The notes: generated by a model from the sequence alone, not told the origin. A stretch of DNA of 54,303 nucleotides from Clostridia bacterium (GCA_045596985.1 JAZODM010000019.1:1-54303); one strand, 5' to 3'; positions 8,786-17,517 are shown, counted from the first letter of the stretch. Numbers and translations are program-made.

Positions 8786-9904
8786 TTAATCACCAAAGCT
8801 AATTCCCATAGCCTTCGCCATTTCTATAAGCTCACCGTTGGGATCAACCTGCTTTGTTTTCTGTCCGATAACGTTTTCAAGAGACTCATAACCCATCTTG
8901 TCACCCTTGATAACAACCATATTACCGAACTTACCCTGCATTGCAAGCTCAACTGCAGCATAACCGTAACGGGAAGAGAGCACTCTGTCATGACCTGACG
9001 TGCTGCCGCCACGCTGAACATGTCCAAGGATAGTAGCCCTCGCCTCGTTGCCGCAAAGCTCCTCAAGCTGGTCTGCAACAACATTTGCAATACCGCCAAG
9101 ACGGATGGGATCAGGACTATCCTCACGCACTTTGAGAATAACTGCCTCGCCGTCCTTGGGCTTTGCACCCTCTGCAACGGCAACGATTGCAAAATCCTTG
9201 CCCTTTGCAAAGTCTGCCTTAATCTTATCTGCAACCTTGTTTATATCGTAGGGGATTTCGGGGAGAAGGATAGCATCAGCCGCACCTGCGATACCGCCGT
9301 GAAGTGTCAGCCAGCCTGCGCCGCGACCCATAACCTCTGCAACCATAATTCTGCCATGGCTCTTTGCAGTTGATCTGAGTCTGTCGAGTGAATTGCTTAC
9401 AATACCGATAGCGGTATCAAAGCCATACGTGTAGTCAGTACAACTAAGGTCATTATCAATTGTCTTGGGAATACCGATTACGTTTACTCCCAAACGCGCA
9501 AAGTCACGACCGCTTGTAAGTGTGCCGTCACCGCCAAGAATAAAGAGAGCATCAATACCCTCATCCTTGAGATTCTGCACGCCTACGTGGGATACGTCCT
9601 CATATACAATTTTTCCGTCTTTCTTCACAATATCGCCGTTTTCATCACGTACGGGATATTTGAAAAGGTTGTCCTTATTCGAGCTTTTAAGGATTGAACC
9701 GCCCTCACCGATAATTTCCTGAACATTGTCAAGTGTAAGAGGCATAAAATCCTTGTTATAAAGACCATGATAACCTTTTTTGATACCCACAACTTCCAGA
9801 CCATATTTTACTATAGCAGTAGTTGTAACGGCACGGATTACGGCATTAAGGCTTGGGCAATCGCCGCCGCCTGTCATTATAGCAACCTTTTTAATTTCAG
9901 CCAT
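8786..9904 (-). CDS. pfkA: 6-phosphofructokinase (phosphoryl donor uncertain, ATP or PPi)
   Basis: MTGGGDCPSLNAVIR, ILGGDGTL, GIPKTIDND, MGRGAGW, GHVQRGG. Carries Gly at the E. coli 104 position and Lys at the 124 position. Confidence 0.9.
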   Translation of the reverse strand: MAEIKKVAIMTGGGDCPSLNAVIRAVTTTAIVKYGLEVVGIKKGYHGLYNKDFMPLTLDNVQEIIGEGGSILKSSNKDNLFKYPVRDENGDIVKKDGKIVYEDVSHVGVQNLKDEGIDALFILGGDGTLTSGRDFARLGVNVIGIPKTIDNDLSCTDYTYGFDTAIGIVSNSLDRLRSTAKSHGRIMVAEVMGRGAGWLTLHGGIAGAADAILLPEIPYDINKVADKIKADFAKGKDFAIVAVAEGAKPKDGEAVILKVREDSPDPIRLGGIANVVADQLEELCGNEARATILGHVQRGGSTSGHDRVLSSRYGYAAVELAMQGKFGNMVVIKGDKMGYESLENVIGQKTKQVDPNGELIEMAKAMGISFGD

Positions 9905-10073
9905 TTTCTATTCCTCCGATGACTATAGAATTATATTTTATTTTTGCCTATCTACGTCATAATACTACACTTTTATTTTGATTTCAAGTATTTTTTTATC
10001 GATAAAAGCACAATTATCGACATTTTATCGCTTTTTTTAAGAAAAGCTTACCATTTTATCACTTTGCCACCGG

Positions 10074-12500
10074 TTATATTTTTTCTATTACTATTTCCCC
10101 ATTTTCTTCTTTTACAATTACACTGTCACCGCTTTGAACTTTACTGTCAAGTATTTCGCCTGCAAACAAATCCTCCACCTTGCTTGTAATTGCACGGCGA
10201 AGCGGACGCGCACCGTAAATCGGGTCAAAGCCCTCTTTTGCAAGCATTTTTACGGCACTTTCGTCAAAGCTTACCTCTATACCGTTTGATAAAAGACGTT
10301 TTTTAAGACCTTCAAGCATTACGAGGGCGATTTTTCCTATCTCTTCCTCACTAAGCTGTGAAAATACAATTATATCGTCAACACGGTTAAGAAATTCAGG
10401 TCTGAACATCTTTTTAAGCTCGTCTGTAACATTGCTTCTGATGTTTTTATTCGCACTTTCCCTGTCAGGTGCTGCGGATGCAAAGCCAAGTGATTTAGGC
10501 TCTGATATACTCCTTGCACCGACATTACTGGTCATAATTATAACGCAGTTCTTAAAATCCACACGCCGTCCCTGACTGTCCGTAAGCTGACCGTCATCAA
10601 GAATTTGCAAAAGAATATTGAAAACGTCAGGATGTGCCTTTTCGATTTCGTCAAAAAGAATTACACTGTAGGGCTTACGCCTTACTTTTTCGGTGAGCTG
10701 TCCTCCCTCCTCAAAGCCGACATATCCGGGAGGGGAGCCAACCATCTTTGATACGGAGTGCTTCTCCATATATTCTGACATATCAATTCTTATAAGTGCA
10801 TCTTCATCACCAAAGAGCGCTTCACTAAGGGCTTTACTCAGCTCTGTTTTGCCTACACCCGTAGGGCCGAGGAATATAAACGAGCCGATTGGCCTTTTCG
10901 GGTCTTTAAGACCAACTCTGCCCCTGCGGATTGCCCGTGAAACGGCGCTTACCGCCTCGTCTTGTCCTATTACACGCTCATGAAGCACCTCTTCCAGATT
11001 TTTAAGTCTTTCAGACTCCTCCTGGGCAAGCTTTTTTACGGGGATTTTTGTCCACGCCGAAATAACCTCGGCTATTTCCTCTTCGCCTATTTCACCTGCA
11101 CTCTGTGCACTTGTGCTTTTCCATTCCTCGCGCAGCTTTGAGAGGGATTCATTAAGCTCCTTTTCCTTATCGCGCAATGCTGCAGCCTTTTCAAAGTCCT
11201 GGGCATTTATTGCTTCTTTCTTCTCGTTTTGTGCTATCTCGATTTCTTTTTCAAGCTCCTTTATATCAGGCGGCAGAGTAAGTGCGCCCAATCTGACGCG
11301 GCTGCACGCCTCGTCAACAAGGTCAATCGCCTTATCCGGCAAAAATCTGTCTGTTATATACCGGCTGCTGAGCTTTGCCGCCGCCTCAATTGCCGCATCT
11401 AATATTTTTACACCGTGGTGTGCCTCGTACTTTTCGCGAATCCCTTTAAGAATTTGCACTGTCTCCGAAACAGACGGCTCACCAACCATTACGCTCTGAA
11501 ATCTTCTTTCAAGGGCAGCGTCCTTTTCGACATACTTTCTGTATTCGTTAAGCGTTGTTGCACCGATAAGCTGAAGCTCACCGCGCGCAAGCGACGGCTT
11601 TAATATATTTGACGCATCTATTGCGCCCTCTGCCGCACCTGCCCCTATTATAGTATGCATTTCATCGACAAAAAGGATTATATTTCCCGATTTTATTATT
11701 TCCTCCATCGCCTTTTTGAGGCGTTCTTCAAATTCACCGCGATATTTTGCGCCTGCAATTACGCTTGAAAGGTCAAGTGAGAACACGCGCTTACCCTTTA
11801 AAAGCTCGGGCACGTTTCCTGCCGCAATTTCCTGCGCAAGTCCCTCTGCAACGGCAGTTTTTCCAACACCCGGCTCACCTAAAAGAACGGGGTTGTTTTT
11901 CGTTCTCCTTGATAGGATTTGTATTACGCGCTCAATCTCCTTTTCTCGGCCTATTACGGGGTCAAATTTTCCGCTTCGCGCAAGCTCCGTAAGGTCACGT
12001 CCGAACTGATTTAGCGTAGGGGTATCACCGCCTGCCTTGTTTTTCCCCTTTTCGCTTTCGGGAACTTCCTCTGTAATCTGTTTTGAAAGCTCCTCATACA
12101 GATTTTGCGGCGCACCGTATGAAACAAGTATACGAAACGCCACACTGTCACGCTCCCTCGAAAGGGCAAGGAGTATATGCTCCGTTCCTATATAGGAGCT
12201 TGAATGCTTATGCGCCTCGGTAACACTGTTTTGCAGGCATCTGTTCGTTCTTGGGGTAAAGCCTGCAAAGCTTCCCGTTGAAGCAACCTCCATATTATAT
12301 TTTTCAATTTTTTCTTTGAGGTTTTCTGATGTCATTCCCAACGAGGAAAGGTATTTTGCGGCAAAGCCGCTGCCCTCCTCCAAAAGTCCCCAGAGCAAAT
12401 GCTCCGTTCCTATATAATTGCAATTTGTCGCCTGCGCACACTCCTGGGAAAGTGCTATTGCACGCTGGGCTTTTTGTGTAAATCTGTTTTCTATACTCAT
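10074..12500 (-). CDS. clpC: ATP-dependent Clp protease ATP-binding subunit ClpC
   Basis: 808 aa with two Clp_N repeats, two AAA+ modules (GEPGVGKT, GPTGVGKT), and a UVR-like linker. It is the last gene of the ctsR-mcsA-mcsB-clpC operon. Confidence 0.96.
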   Translation of the reverse strand: MSIENRFTQKAQRAIALSQECAQATNCNYIGTEHLLWGLLEEGSGFAAKYLSSLGMTSENLKEKIEKYNMEVASTGSFAGFTPRTNRCLQNSVTEAHKHSSSYIGTEHILLALSRERDSVAFRILVSYGAPQNLYEELSKQITEEVPESEKGKNKAGGDTPTLNQFGRDLTELARSGKFDPVIGREKEIERVIQILSRRTKNNPVLLGEPGVGKTAVAEGLAQEIAAGNVPELLKGKRVFSLDLSSVIAGAKYRGEFEERLKKAMEEIIKSGNIILFVDEMHTIIGAGAAEGAIDASNILKPSLARGELQLIGATTLNEYRKYVEKDAALERRFQSVMVGEPSVSETVQILKGIREKYEAHHGVKILDAAIEAAAKLSSRYITDRFLPDKAIDLVDEACSRVRLGALTLPPDIKELEKEIEIAQNEKKEAINAQDFEKAAALRDKEKELNESLSKLREEWKSTSAQSAGEIGEEEIAEVISAWTKIPVKKLAQEESERLKNLEEVLHERVIGQDEAVSAVSRAIRRGRVGLKDPKRPIGSFIFLGPTGVGKTELSKALSEALFGDEDALIRIDMSEYMEKHSVSKMVGSPPGYVGFEEGGQLTEKVRRKPYSVILFDEIEKAHPDVFNILLQILDDGQLTDSQGRRVDFKNCVIIMTSNVGARSISEPKSLGFASAAPDRESANKNIRSNVTDELKKMFRPEFLNRVDDIIVFSQLSEEEIGKIALVMLEGLKKRLLSNGIEVSFDESAVKMLAKEGFDPIYGARPLRRAITSKVEDLFAGEILDSKVQSGDSVIVKEENGEIVIEKI

Positions 12501-12519
12501 ATGTTTTCTCCTTTCCCCA

Positions 12520-13536
12520 TTAGTTCGTTTCTGTCAATGCCGTCTGTAATATCTGCGCACGCTTTATATCTCTTTCCTGCGCTCCCTTATCGTGCATTGT
12601 AAGGCTCATCAGAGCACTCATCGACGAAAAGAGTGCCCTGCGCAGTTTGGGCGTATCAATATTTTTTATTATTCCTGCATTTACACCCATACAGACATTT
12701 GATACAAGATTCATTGCCTCGCTGCTTGAAATCATATATGCATTTTTTATAATTCCAAGACTTCTGAGACACTTATCGGTAAGCTCACAATAGTTGTTTT
12801 CGAAAATTTCGGCACAGATTCTGCGCTCCTCACTGATAAGGCTGCACGATGCCGCCGTAAAACGTGAAATAATATCCTTTTCACTTGTACCCAAAGTTAT
12901 CTGGTTTGAAAGCTGGAAAAGTGCGCCGCTTGCCTTTGAGCCTTCTCCGTAAAGACCTCTGACCGTCATTCCGAGGTTTGCCGCCCATTTTAAAAGCGGA
13001 TTTATTCTGTGCGCAGCGCTTATTGCAGGAAGGTGCAGCATCACCGATGCCCGAAGTCCCGTTCCTGCATTTGTGGGACAGCTTGTAAGATATCCAAACT
13101 CGTCGTCATAGTCAAATTCTATCTTCTCGGCAAGAAGTGTTTCAATCTTTTTTGCCGTATCGTACGCACCCTCTGCATCGAGGCCCTGCTCAAACACCTG
13201 AATTCTTATGTGGTCTTCCTCGTTTACCATTATGGAAATTTTTTCGTCATTACTTATTATTGCCACAGACGGCACCTTTGAAACACAAAGCTCCGTACTT
13301 ATAAGATGCTTTTCGACGAGGGCTTTTTTCTCCAAATCGGAGATTTTTGTTATATCGTAGACTATAAGCTCACTTTTAAGCGGAGAATTAGAAAAAGCCT
13401 CCCACACATCTTCTGTCAGCTTTTTCGCCGCCGCTTCTCCCATTGTGCGCGGATAGGGAAGTCCTTTTACATTTCGGGCAAGGCGTATTCTTGTAGTTAC
13501 GGCAATGTCATTTTCATTTCCGACAGGTTTATTCAT
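12520..13536 (-). CDS. mcsB: Protein arginine kinase McsB
   Basis: ATP:guanido phosphotransferase motifs (RIRLARN, CPTNAGTGLRAS). The ATG at 13536 lies 1 nt after the mcsA stop and has an SD inside mcsA. The track's longer ORF (to 13590) overlaps mcsA. Confidence 0.92.
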   Translation of the reverse strand: MNKPVGNENDIAVTTRIRLARNVKGLPYPRTMGEAAAKKLTEDVWEAFSNSPLKSELIVYDITKISDLEKKALVEKHLISTELCVSKVPSVAIISNDEKISIMVNEEDHIRIQVFEQGLDAEGAYDTAKKIETLLAEKIEFDYDDEFGYLTSCPTNAGTGLRASVMLHLPAISAAHRINPLLKWAANLGMTVRGLYGEGSKASGALFQLSNQITLGTSEKDIISRFTAASCSLISEERRICAEIFENNYCELTDKCLRSLGIIKNAYMISSSEAMNLVSNVCMGVNAGIIKNIDTPKLRRALFSSMSALMSLTMHDKGAQERDIKRAQILQTALTETN

Positions 13537-13537
13537 T

Positions 13538-13996
13538 TTACTTGCCCTCCTTTTCACGGATAATATCACGAAGCGATGCCGCCTCTTCAAAATTTTCTTC
13601 TGCTATTGCATTTGAGAGTTTTTCACGAAGAAGCTCTATTTCACTCTTTGGCTCTTTTACTTCTTCTTTTTTTGGTTTAATATCCTCTGTAATATGCTTT
13701 GATGTACCGTGTATTTTTTTAAGCATTGCAGCTGCGTGGTTTCTGAAAACACTGTAGCACTCTCCACAGCCCATTCTGCCGCTTCTTAAAAACTCTGAAA
13801 GAGTCATTTTGCAGCACGGACACTGTACAGAGGATGCCTCCTCACGCTCACGAAAGCTTAAAAGCGAGCCGAAATTATCAAAAATAGATTCCTGCGCAGC
13901 GCACGCAGAGCAAATGTTAAGAGAGCTTTTTCTGCCGTTTATTATCTGTGTATATTTAACAATTGCAGGTCTTTTTCCGCATTTTTCACACAACAT
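13538..13996 (-). CDS. mcsA: McsA (zinc-finger and UVR-domain activator of McsB)
   Basis: MLCEKCGKRPA..., CxxC pairs, and the C-terminal UVR motif LREKLSNAIAEENFEEAASLRD. An alternative start is at 14014. Confidence 0.85.
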   Translation of the reverse strand: MLCEKCGKRPAIVKYTQIINGRKSSLNICSACAAQESIFDNFGSLLSFREREEASSVQCPCCKMTLSEFLRSGRMGCGECYSVFRNHAAAMLKKIHGTSKHITEDIKPKKEEVKEPKSEIELLREKLSNAIAEENFEEAASLRDIIREKEGK

Positions 13997-14013
13997 ATAT
14001 ATCCGTCCTTTCA

Positions 14014-14469
14014 TTACTTACAGCCGAAAAGGCTTGTTATCATACTTTTGAAAATTTTCGCCCTGAGAGTGTCGCGCACATCGGCGGCAAAGGGCAGAAC
14101 CTTATCGCTAAGCGCCCCTAAAACAAGATGCGCCTCCCTCTTGGTAATACATTCGTAGTCGAGGAGATTTTGCACAAACACCGCCGCCGTTTGGTAGGAA
14201 AGTGTGTCACCGACAGCATTGACTATATGCATAGGATAAGCACCTCGCTCCGTCCTTACACTACGTATCGTAACGCCGCCGCCGCCACCTCTGCGGCTTT
14301 CTATAATATATCCTCTTTCAGGGGTAAAACGTGTCTGTATCACATAATTAATCTGACTTGGTACACAGTTAAGCTCCCCCGCAAGGTTGTTTCGCTGAAT
14401 CTGAACGTTTCCGCCCGCCTCACGAAGCATTTCCAGAAGCAATTTTTCTATCGCATCTGACATATTCAT
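14014..14469 (-). CDS. ctsR: Class III stress-gene repressor CtsR
   Basis: MNMSDAIEKLLLEML... and the glycine loop ESRRGGGGG. SD AGAGG lies 9 nt upstream of the ATG at 14469. Its own operator lies upstream. Confidence 0.92.
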   Translation of the reverse strand: MNMSDAIEKLLLEMLREAGGNVQIQRNNLAGELNCVPSQINYVIQTRFTPERGYIIESRRGGGGGVTIRSVRTERGAYPMHIVNAVGDTLSYQTAAVFVQNLLDYECITKREAHLVLGALSDKVLPFAADVRDTLRAKIFKSMITSLFGCK

Positions 14470-14495
14470 ATATAAACACCTCTTTTTGGTCAATT

Positions 14496-14520
14496 TTTGA
14501 CTTTGACTTTCTTTGACTTT
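14496..14520 (-). promoter_or_regulatory. CtsR operator (three tandem heptads)
   Basis: The minus strand reads AAGTCAAA-GAA-AGTCAAAGTCAAA, matching the (A/G)GTCAAA-NAN-(A/G)GTCAAA consensus exactly, with a third overlapping heptad. An inverted GGTCAAT sits at 14488-14494. Confidence 0.9.
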
Positions 14521-14549
14521 AATATAACACTAACAAATTCTTTTGTCAA
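14521..14549 (-). promoter_or_regulatory. SigA-type promoter of the ctsR operon
   Basis: The minus strand reads TTGACA (14549-14544), a 17-nt spacer, then TATATT (14526-14521). The CtsR heptads start immediately downstream of the -10. Confidence 0.8.
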
Positions 14550-14609
14550 GTATTTTTCTAAAATTATTTATGATAACACAAAATCGGTTAACAAAAAACG
14601 ATAGACGTC

Positions 14610-14645
14610 ATGACAGCCGCCTCCTCGCAGGAGAACGGCTGTCAT
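14610..14645 (-). terminator. Hairpin 3' of the SLH-protein gene
   Basis: ATGACAGCCG ... CGGCTGTCAT with an inner CTCCT/AGGAG stem. The T run on the minus strand is about 12 nt away, so this is an imperfect intrinsic terminator. Confidence 0.55.
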
Positions 14646-14682
14646 ATCTTTAAACTTTATTTAATCGGTCTTTTTTCTTTCC

Positions 14683-16779
14683 TTAATACAAATATCCAAG
14701 GTATCTATCATAGGGAGTATGATCACGTGATATTTCCTCAAGAGACATCATATAGTAACTGTTTTCATTTTTGCCACCGGAATTCCATGTGGTATCAAAA
14801 TAATATTTATTTCCGTTCAATTCCACAACATTCCAAGCATGAGCTTGTCCCTCTATTATCGAACACTTTACTCCGGCATAGCGCAGCACATCATTAAAAG
14901 CATTTGCATATCCTGAACAAACAGCCTTTTTATGCAAAACAATACATACTGTGCTATCATTAATTGAAAATATGGGAGATGAAGGATTGTTATGCGAGTC
15001 ATAGTCATAATTACATTCGTGCGTCAGGTAATAGTTCAGCGCATAGATTAAATCCGCAGGATTTTTATGATTATCAGCAAACGTCTTTTTAAAATTCAAT
15101 ACTTCCAGTCCTGTCCTTGCATTTTCGGGAAGCGGATCCGCACCGTAAAAAATTCTGCGGTTATAAACACTTGAATAAGCTGCTCCACTACTGGTATCAT
15201 TGATTTTGTATGCCTGTTCTCTCGGAAAAAGAATATCGATTAATGCATATTTAACACCGGAGTTGTTTGAAAAAACTTCCAAAAGTTCCTCTCCGTGATT
15301 CAAATGGAAATTATCAATATCTACATCAAACATATCGTCGTTAGATATACAGATGAGTCTGGAACGTGCCTCGCTAAGAATATATATTTCGTCATCTATG
15401 TTACACGCCCTGTAATTTAAGTAATCTCTCTTATTCTCCGGGGACACCACCGCATTATTAAATCCGGCTTCAAAGAAAATATCCTCTGCTTTAATTTCTT
15501 TGATAATTTCATTTGTAAAGCGATTACACAGAACTATACTTCTGTTATTTGCCTCTATTTCGTGATTTTTATCGTTTTCTATTTTGTTATAGGAATAATA
15601 TTTGCTTGTTACTGCATCAAGCGCATTAATGTATTTGTGGGTTTCTTCACTAACAGACAAATTTTCAAGGTCTATTTGGTAAACAATTCCGTAAGACAGT
15701 ATTTTTTTATTAACTTCTTCCGCTGAAGATCCACTCAGATACAGCATATTTTTATCTGTGTACTCAAACTTATAGCTGGAGGTCATAGTGCAATTACTGA
15801 TGGTGGTTTTGCCTGTGCGGATGTTATATTTTGCAAGATGATATTTGTATTTTTCAGTAGTACTGTCAAGATAATAAATACAATCCTTGTAATATGCCAA
15901 CGGCTCCAACAGCCACGGCGAAGAAAACTCTGTTATTTCATATGTCTTTTTATTCACTATGTATCCGCCCTGATAATCTTCATGTTTAGGGTTACCTTGG
16001 CTGTTTATAAAAGCCTTGGGAACCAATATGCTGTCGCCAATATCTATAATAGTGGACGAAATTACACTATCAAAGGATATAACCTTTCTGGTATCTGTTT
16101 TTTTGTTTAGTACAACAAGTTCATTTTCTTTATTTGACACGATATATGCATATTCACTGTCCTCGAAAACGCTTTTGGGAAAAGCAGCGGCTTCGGAGTA
16201 TATCTTATCTTTGGGCATATCGGCAATTCTGCTTACAATTACCAGCGCCTGAGCCTTGGTTAAAGTGTCTTTCGGAGAAAAGTATCCTTTCGAGGTTCCT
16301 TTAACTATACCCTTTGAAATACAATAATCTATTGCCTCCAAAGCGTACTCAGAAATACTGCTAAAGTCCTCATACTTTCTTGTCACTGTAATCTGTGAGC
16401 CGTGCATTCTGTATATGATGGCTGCAAATTGCTCCCTTGTAAGAGTATCTTTACCTCCAAATGCACTCTCAGATATTCCGTTTATTAGGCCAAGTGAATA
16501 TGCTTCTTCAATAGATTCCTTATAAGGACTGTCCGAAATATCAAAAAAACTGTTGCTTTTTTCCTCTATGACAACATCAGGATTCTGATATTTATAAAGA
16601 GACATCAAAATATTACATATTTCTTCTCTCAAAACAGCATTATCAGGATTTTGGAAATGCTCACTTGCAACAAAAGATTTTTCCTTGAGTGCATCAAGCT
16701 CACCTTCATACCACTGTGCCTGAGTGCTAACAGCAAAGGTACATATTATCAGACTAAACACCACAAAAATTTTTTTCAT
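14683..16779 (-). CDS. Secreted SLH-domain protein with a C-terminal transglutaminase-like cysteine-peptidase core
   Basis: Start MKKIFVVFSLIICTFAVSTQA (signal peptide) with SD GGAGGG 6 nt upstream. Contains SLH-like repeats (FFDISDSPYKESIEEAYSLGLINGISESAFGGKDTLTREQFAAIIYR and similar). The C-terminus CSGYANAFNDVLRYAGVKCSIIEGQAHAWNVVELNGNKYYFDTTWN gives a Cys-His-Asp core. Confidence 0.7.
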   Translation of the reverse strand: MKKIFVVFSLIICTFAVSTQAQWYEGELDALKEKSFVASEHFQNPDNAVLREEICNILMSLYKYQNPDVVIEEKSNSFFDISDSPYKESIEEAYSLGLINGISESAFGGKDTLTREQFAAIIYRMHGSQITVTRKYEDFSSISEYALEAIDYCISKGIVKGTSKGYFSPKDTLTKAQALVIVSRIADMPKDKIYSEAAAFPKSVFEDSEYAYIVSNKENELVVLNKKTDTRKVISFDSVISSTIIDIGDSILVPKAFINSQGNPKHEDYQGGYIVNKKTYEITEFSSPWLLEPLAYYKDCIYYLDSTTEKYKYHLAKYNIRTGKTTISNCTMTSSYKFEYTDKNMLYLSGSSAEEVNKKILSYGIVYQIDLENLSVSEETHKYINALDAVTSKYYSYNKIENDKNHEIEANNRSIVLCNRFTNEIIKEIKAEDIFFEAGFNNAVVSPENKRDYLNYRACNIDDEIYILSEARSRLICISNDDMFDVDIDNFHLNHGEELLEVFSNNSGVKYALIDILFPREQAYKINDTSSGAAYSSVYNRRIFYGADPLPENARTGLEVLNFKKTFADNHKNPADLIYALNYYLTHECNYDYDSHNNPSSPIFSINDSTVCIVLHKKAVCSGYANAFNDVLRYAGVKCSIIEGQAHAWNVVELNGNKYYFDTTWNSGGKNENSYYMMSLEEISRDHTPYDRYLGYLY

Positions 16780-16807
16780 ATAAAACCCTCCGTATTTTTC
16801 TACACCA

Positions 16808-16836
16808 ATGATACCATTAACATAATATTTTGTCAA
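16808..16836 (-). promoter_or_regulatory. SigA-type promoter of the SLH-protein gene
   Basis: The minus strand reads TTGACA-17 nt-TATCAT, about 30 nt upstream of the ATG at 16779. Confidence 0.6.
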
Positions 16837-16965
16837 TTAAAAAGCGTTTTTAACGCCTGAGCCCCCTGTCCCCCAAAATGACATCTTTTTTGTTCTTGAA
16901 CAAAGTTTGTTGCTTTTTAAAGCTATTAAAAAATACAATTAAAAAGTAGTAATTTCTTATACGGT

Positions 16966-17009
16966 AAAAAGTCGCCAAATACGATGGCGTGTACCTCGTA
17001 TTTGACGAC
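16966..17009 (-). terminator. cotF-like gene terminator; solo H3-like module of the interspersed repeat
   Basis: The minus strand reads GTCGTCAAATACGAGG-TACACGCC-ATCGTATTTGGCGAC followed by TTTTT. The GAGGTACACGCC segment (last stem bases plus loop) is identical to hairpin H3 of repeat copies B and C. Confidence 0.8.
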
Positions 17010-17021
17010 TTGCTTCGTTAA

Positions 17022-17480
17022 TTAATACATACTGTTTTTCTGCATATAATCGTACAGCTGTTTACCGTGCTCCTGCTCTTCCTTTTGAATGTGATTGATT
17101 GTGTTACGGATATTTTCATCCTTGAACTCAAATACGCACGTATCATACAGGTGTGAAGCGTGCTTTTCCGTTGTAAGCAGGTCACTCGCCAAAAACGCAT
17201 CGTTCTTCTTATCCTCACTGTCAGAGGGGCCATAAAACTCCGTAAAGGTCGGGCTTTGCTGCGAAGAAGAATTACCTGAAGACTGCGCTGGAGTCTTCCC
17301 GTTTTCAATCTTTGTCAGTGTATCATAGTGTCCCTGCTCTACCTGCGCAATGGAAATAAAGAGCTGTCTTAACTGCGGATCCTTTGCCTGCTGTGCCCCC
17401 TGTGTATATTTATCAACGCACAGCTTTTCTGTGTCCTTCATATCCTTTAAAAGACTTGTTTCCTTCTGACTTAACTGCAT
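17022..17480 (-). CDS. Spore coat protein F-like (Coat_F domain) protein
   Basis: 152 aa with two Coat_F-like helical segments (LLKDMKDTEKLCVDKYTQGAQQAKDPQLRQLF and LLTTEKHASHLYDTCVFEFKDENIRNTINHIQKEEQEH). Confidence 0.7.
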   Translation of the reverse strand: MQLSQKETSLLKDMKDTEKLCVDKYTQGAQQAKDPQLRQLFISIAQVEQGHYDTLTKIENGKTPAQSSGNSSSQQSPTFTEFYGPSDSEDKKNDAFLASDLLTTEKHASHLYDTCVFEFKDENIRNTINHIQKEEQEHGKQLYDYMQKNSMY

Positions 17481-17487
17481 AAAAAAT

Positions 17488-17517
17488 CACCTCGGCATTA
17501 TTATTCACACCGAGGTG
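17488..17517 (-). terminator. Hairpin between the glycosidase-like gene and the cotF-like gene
   Basis: CACCTCGG-14 nt-CCGAGGTG with T runs on both strands. On the minus strand its 3' arm contains the cotF-like SD (GAGGTG). Confidence 0.7.

Noticed and set aside
8580-8789. 69-aa plus-strand ORF in the pfkA-dgt spacer
   Set aside because: It runs through two hairpins including the pfkA terminator, has no SD, and lies opposite to both flanking genes.
14496-14525. Short tandem direct repeats (CTTTGACTTT units) considered as a possible CRISPR or tandem-repeat array
   Set aside because: The repeats are 7-nt CtsR heptads directly upstream of ctsR. There are no spacers, no cas genes, and the unit length is wrong for CRISPR.
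16890-16903. Palindrome TTGTTC-TT-GAACAA upstream of the SLH-protein promoter
   Set aside because: It is a short AT-rich palindrome in an AT-rich spacer. No associated regulator or second copy was seen, so the evidence is insufficient to call a site.
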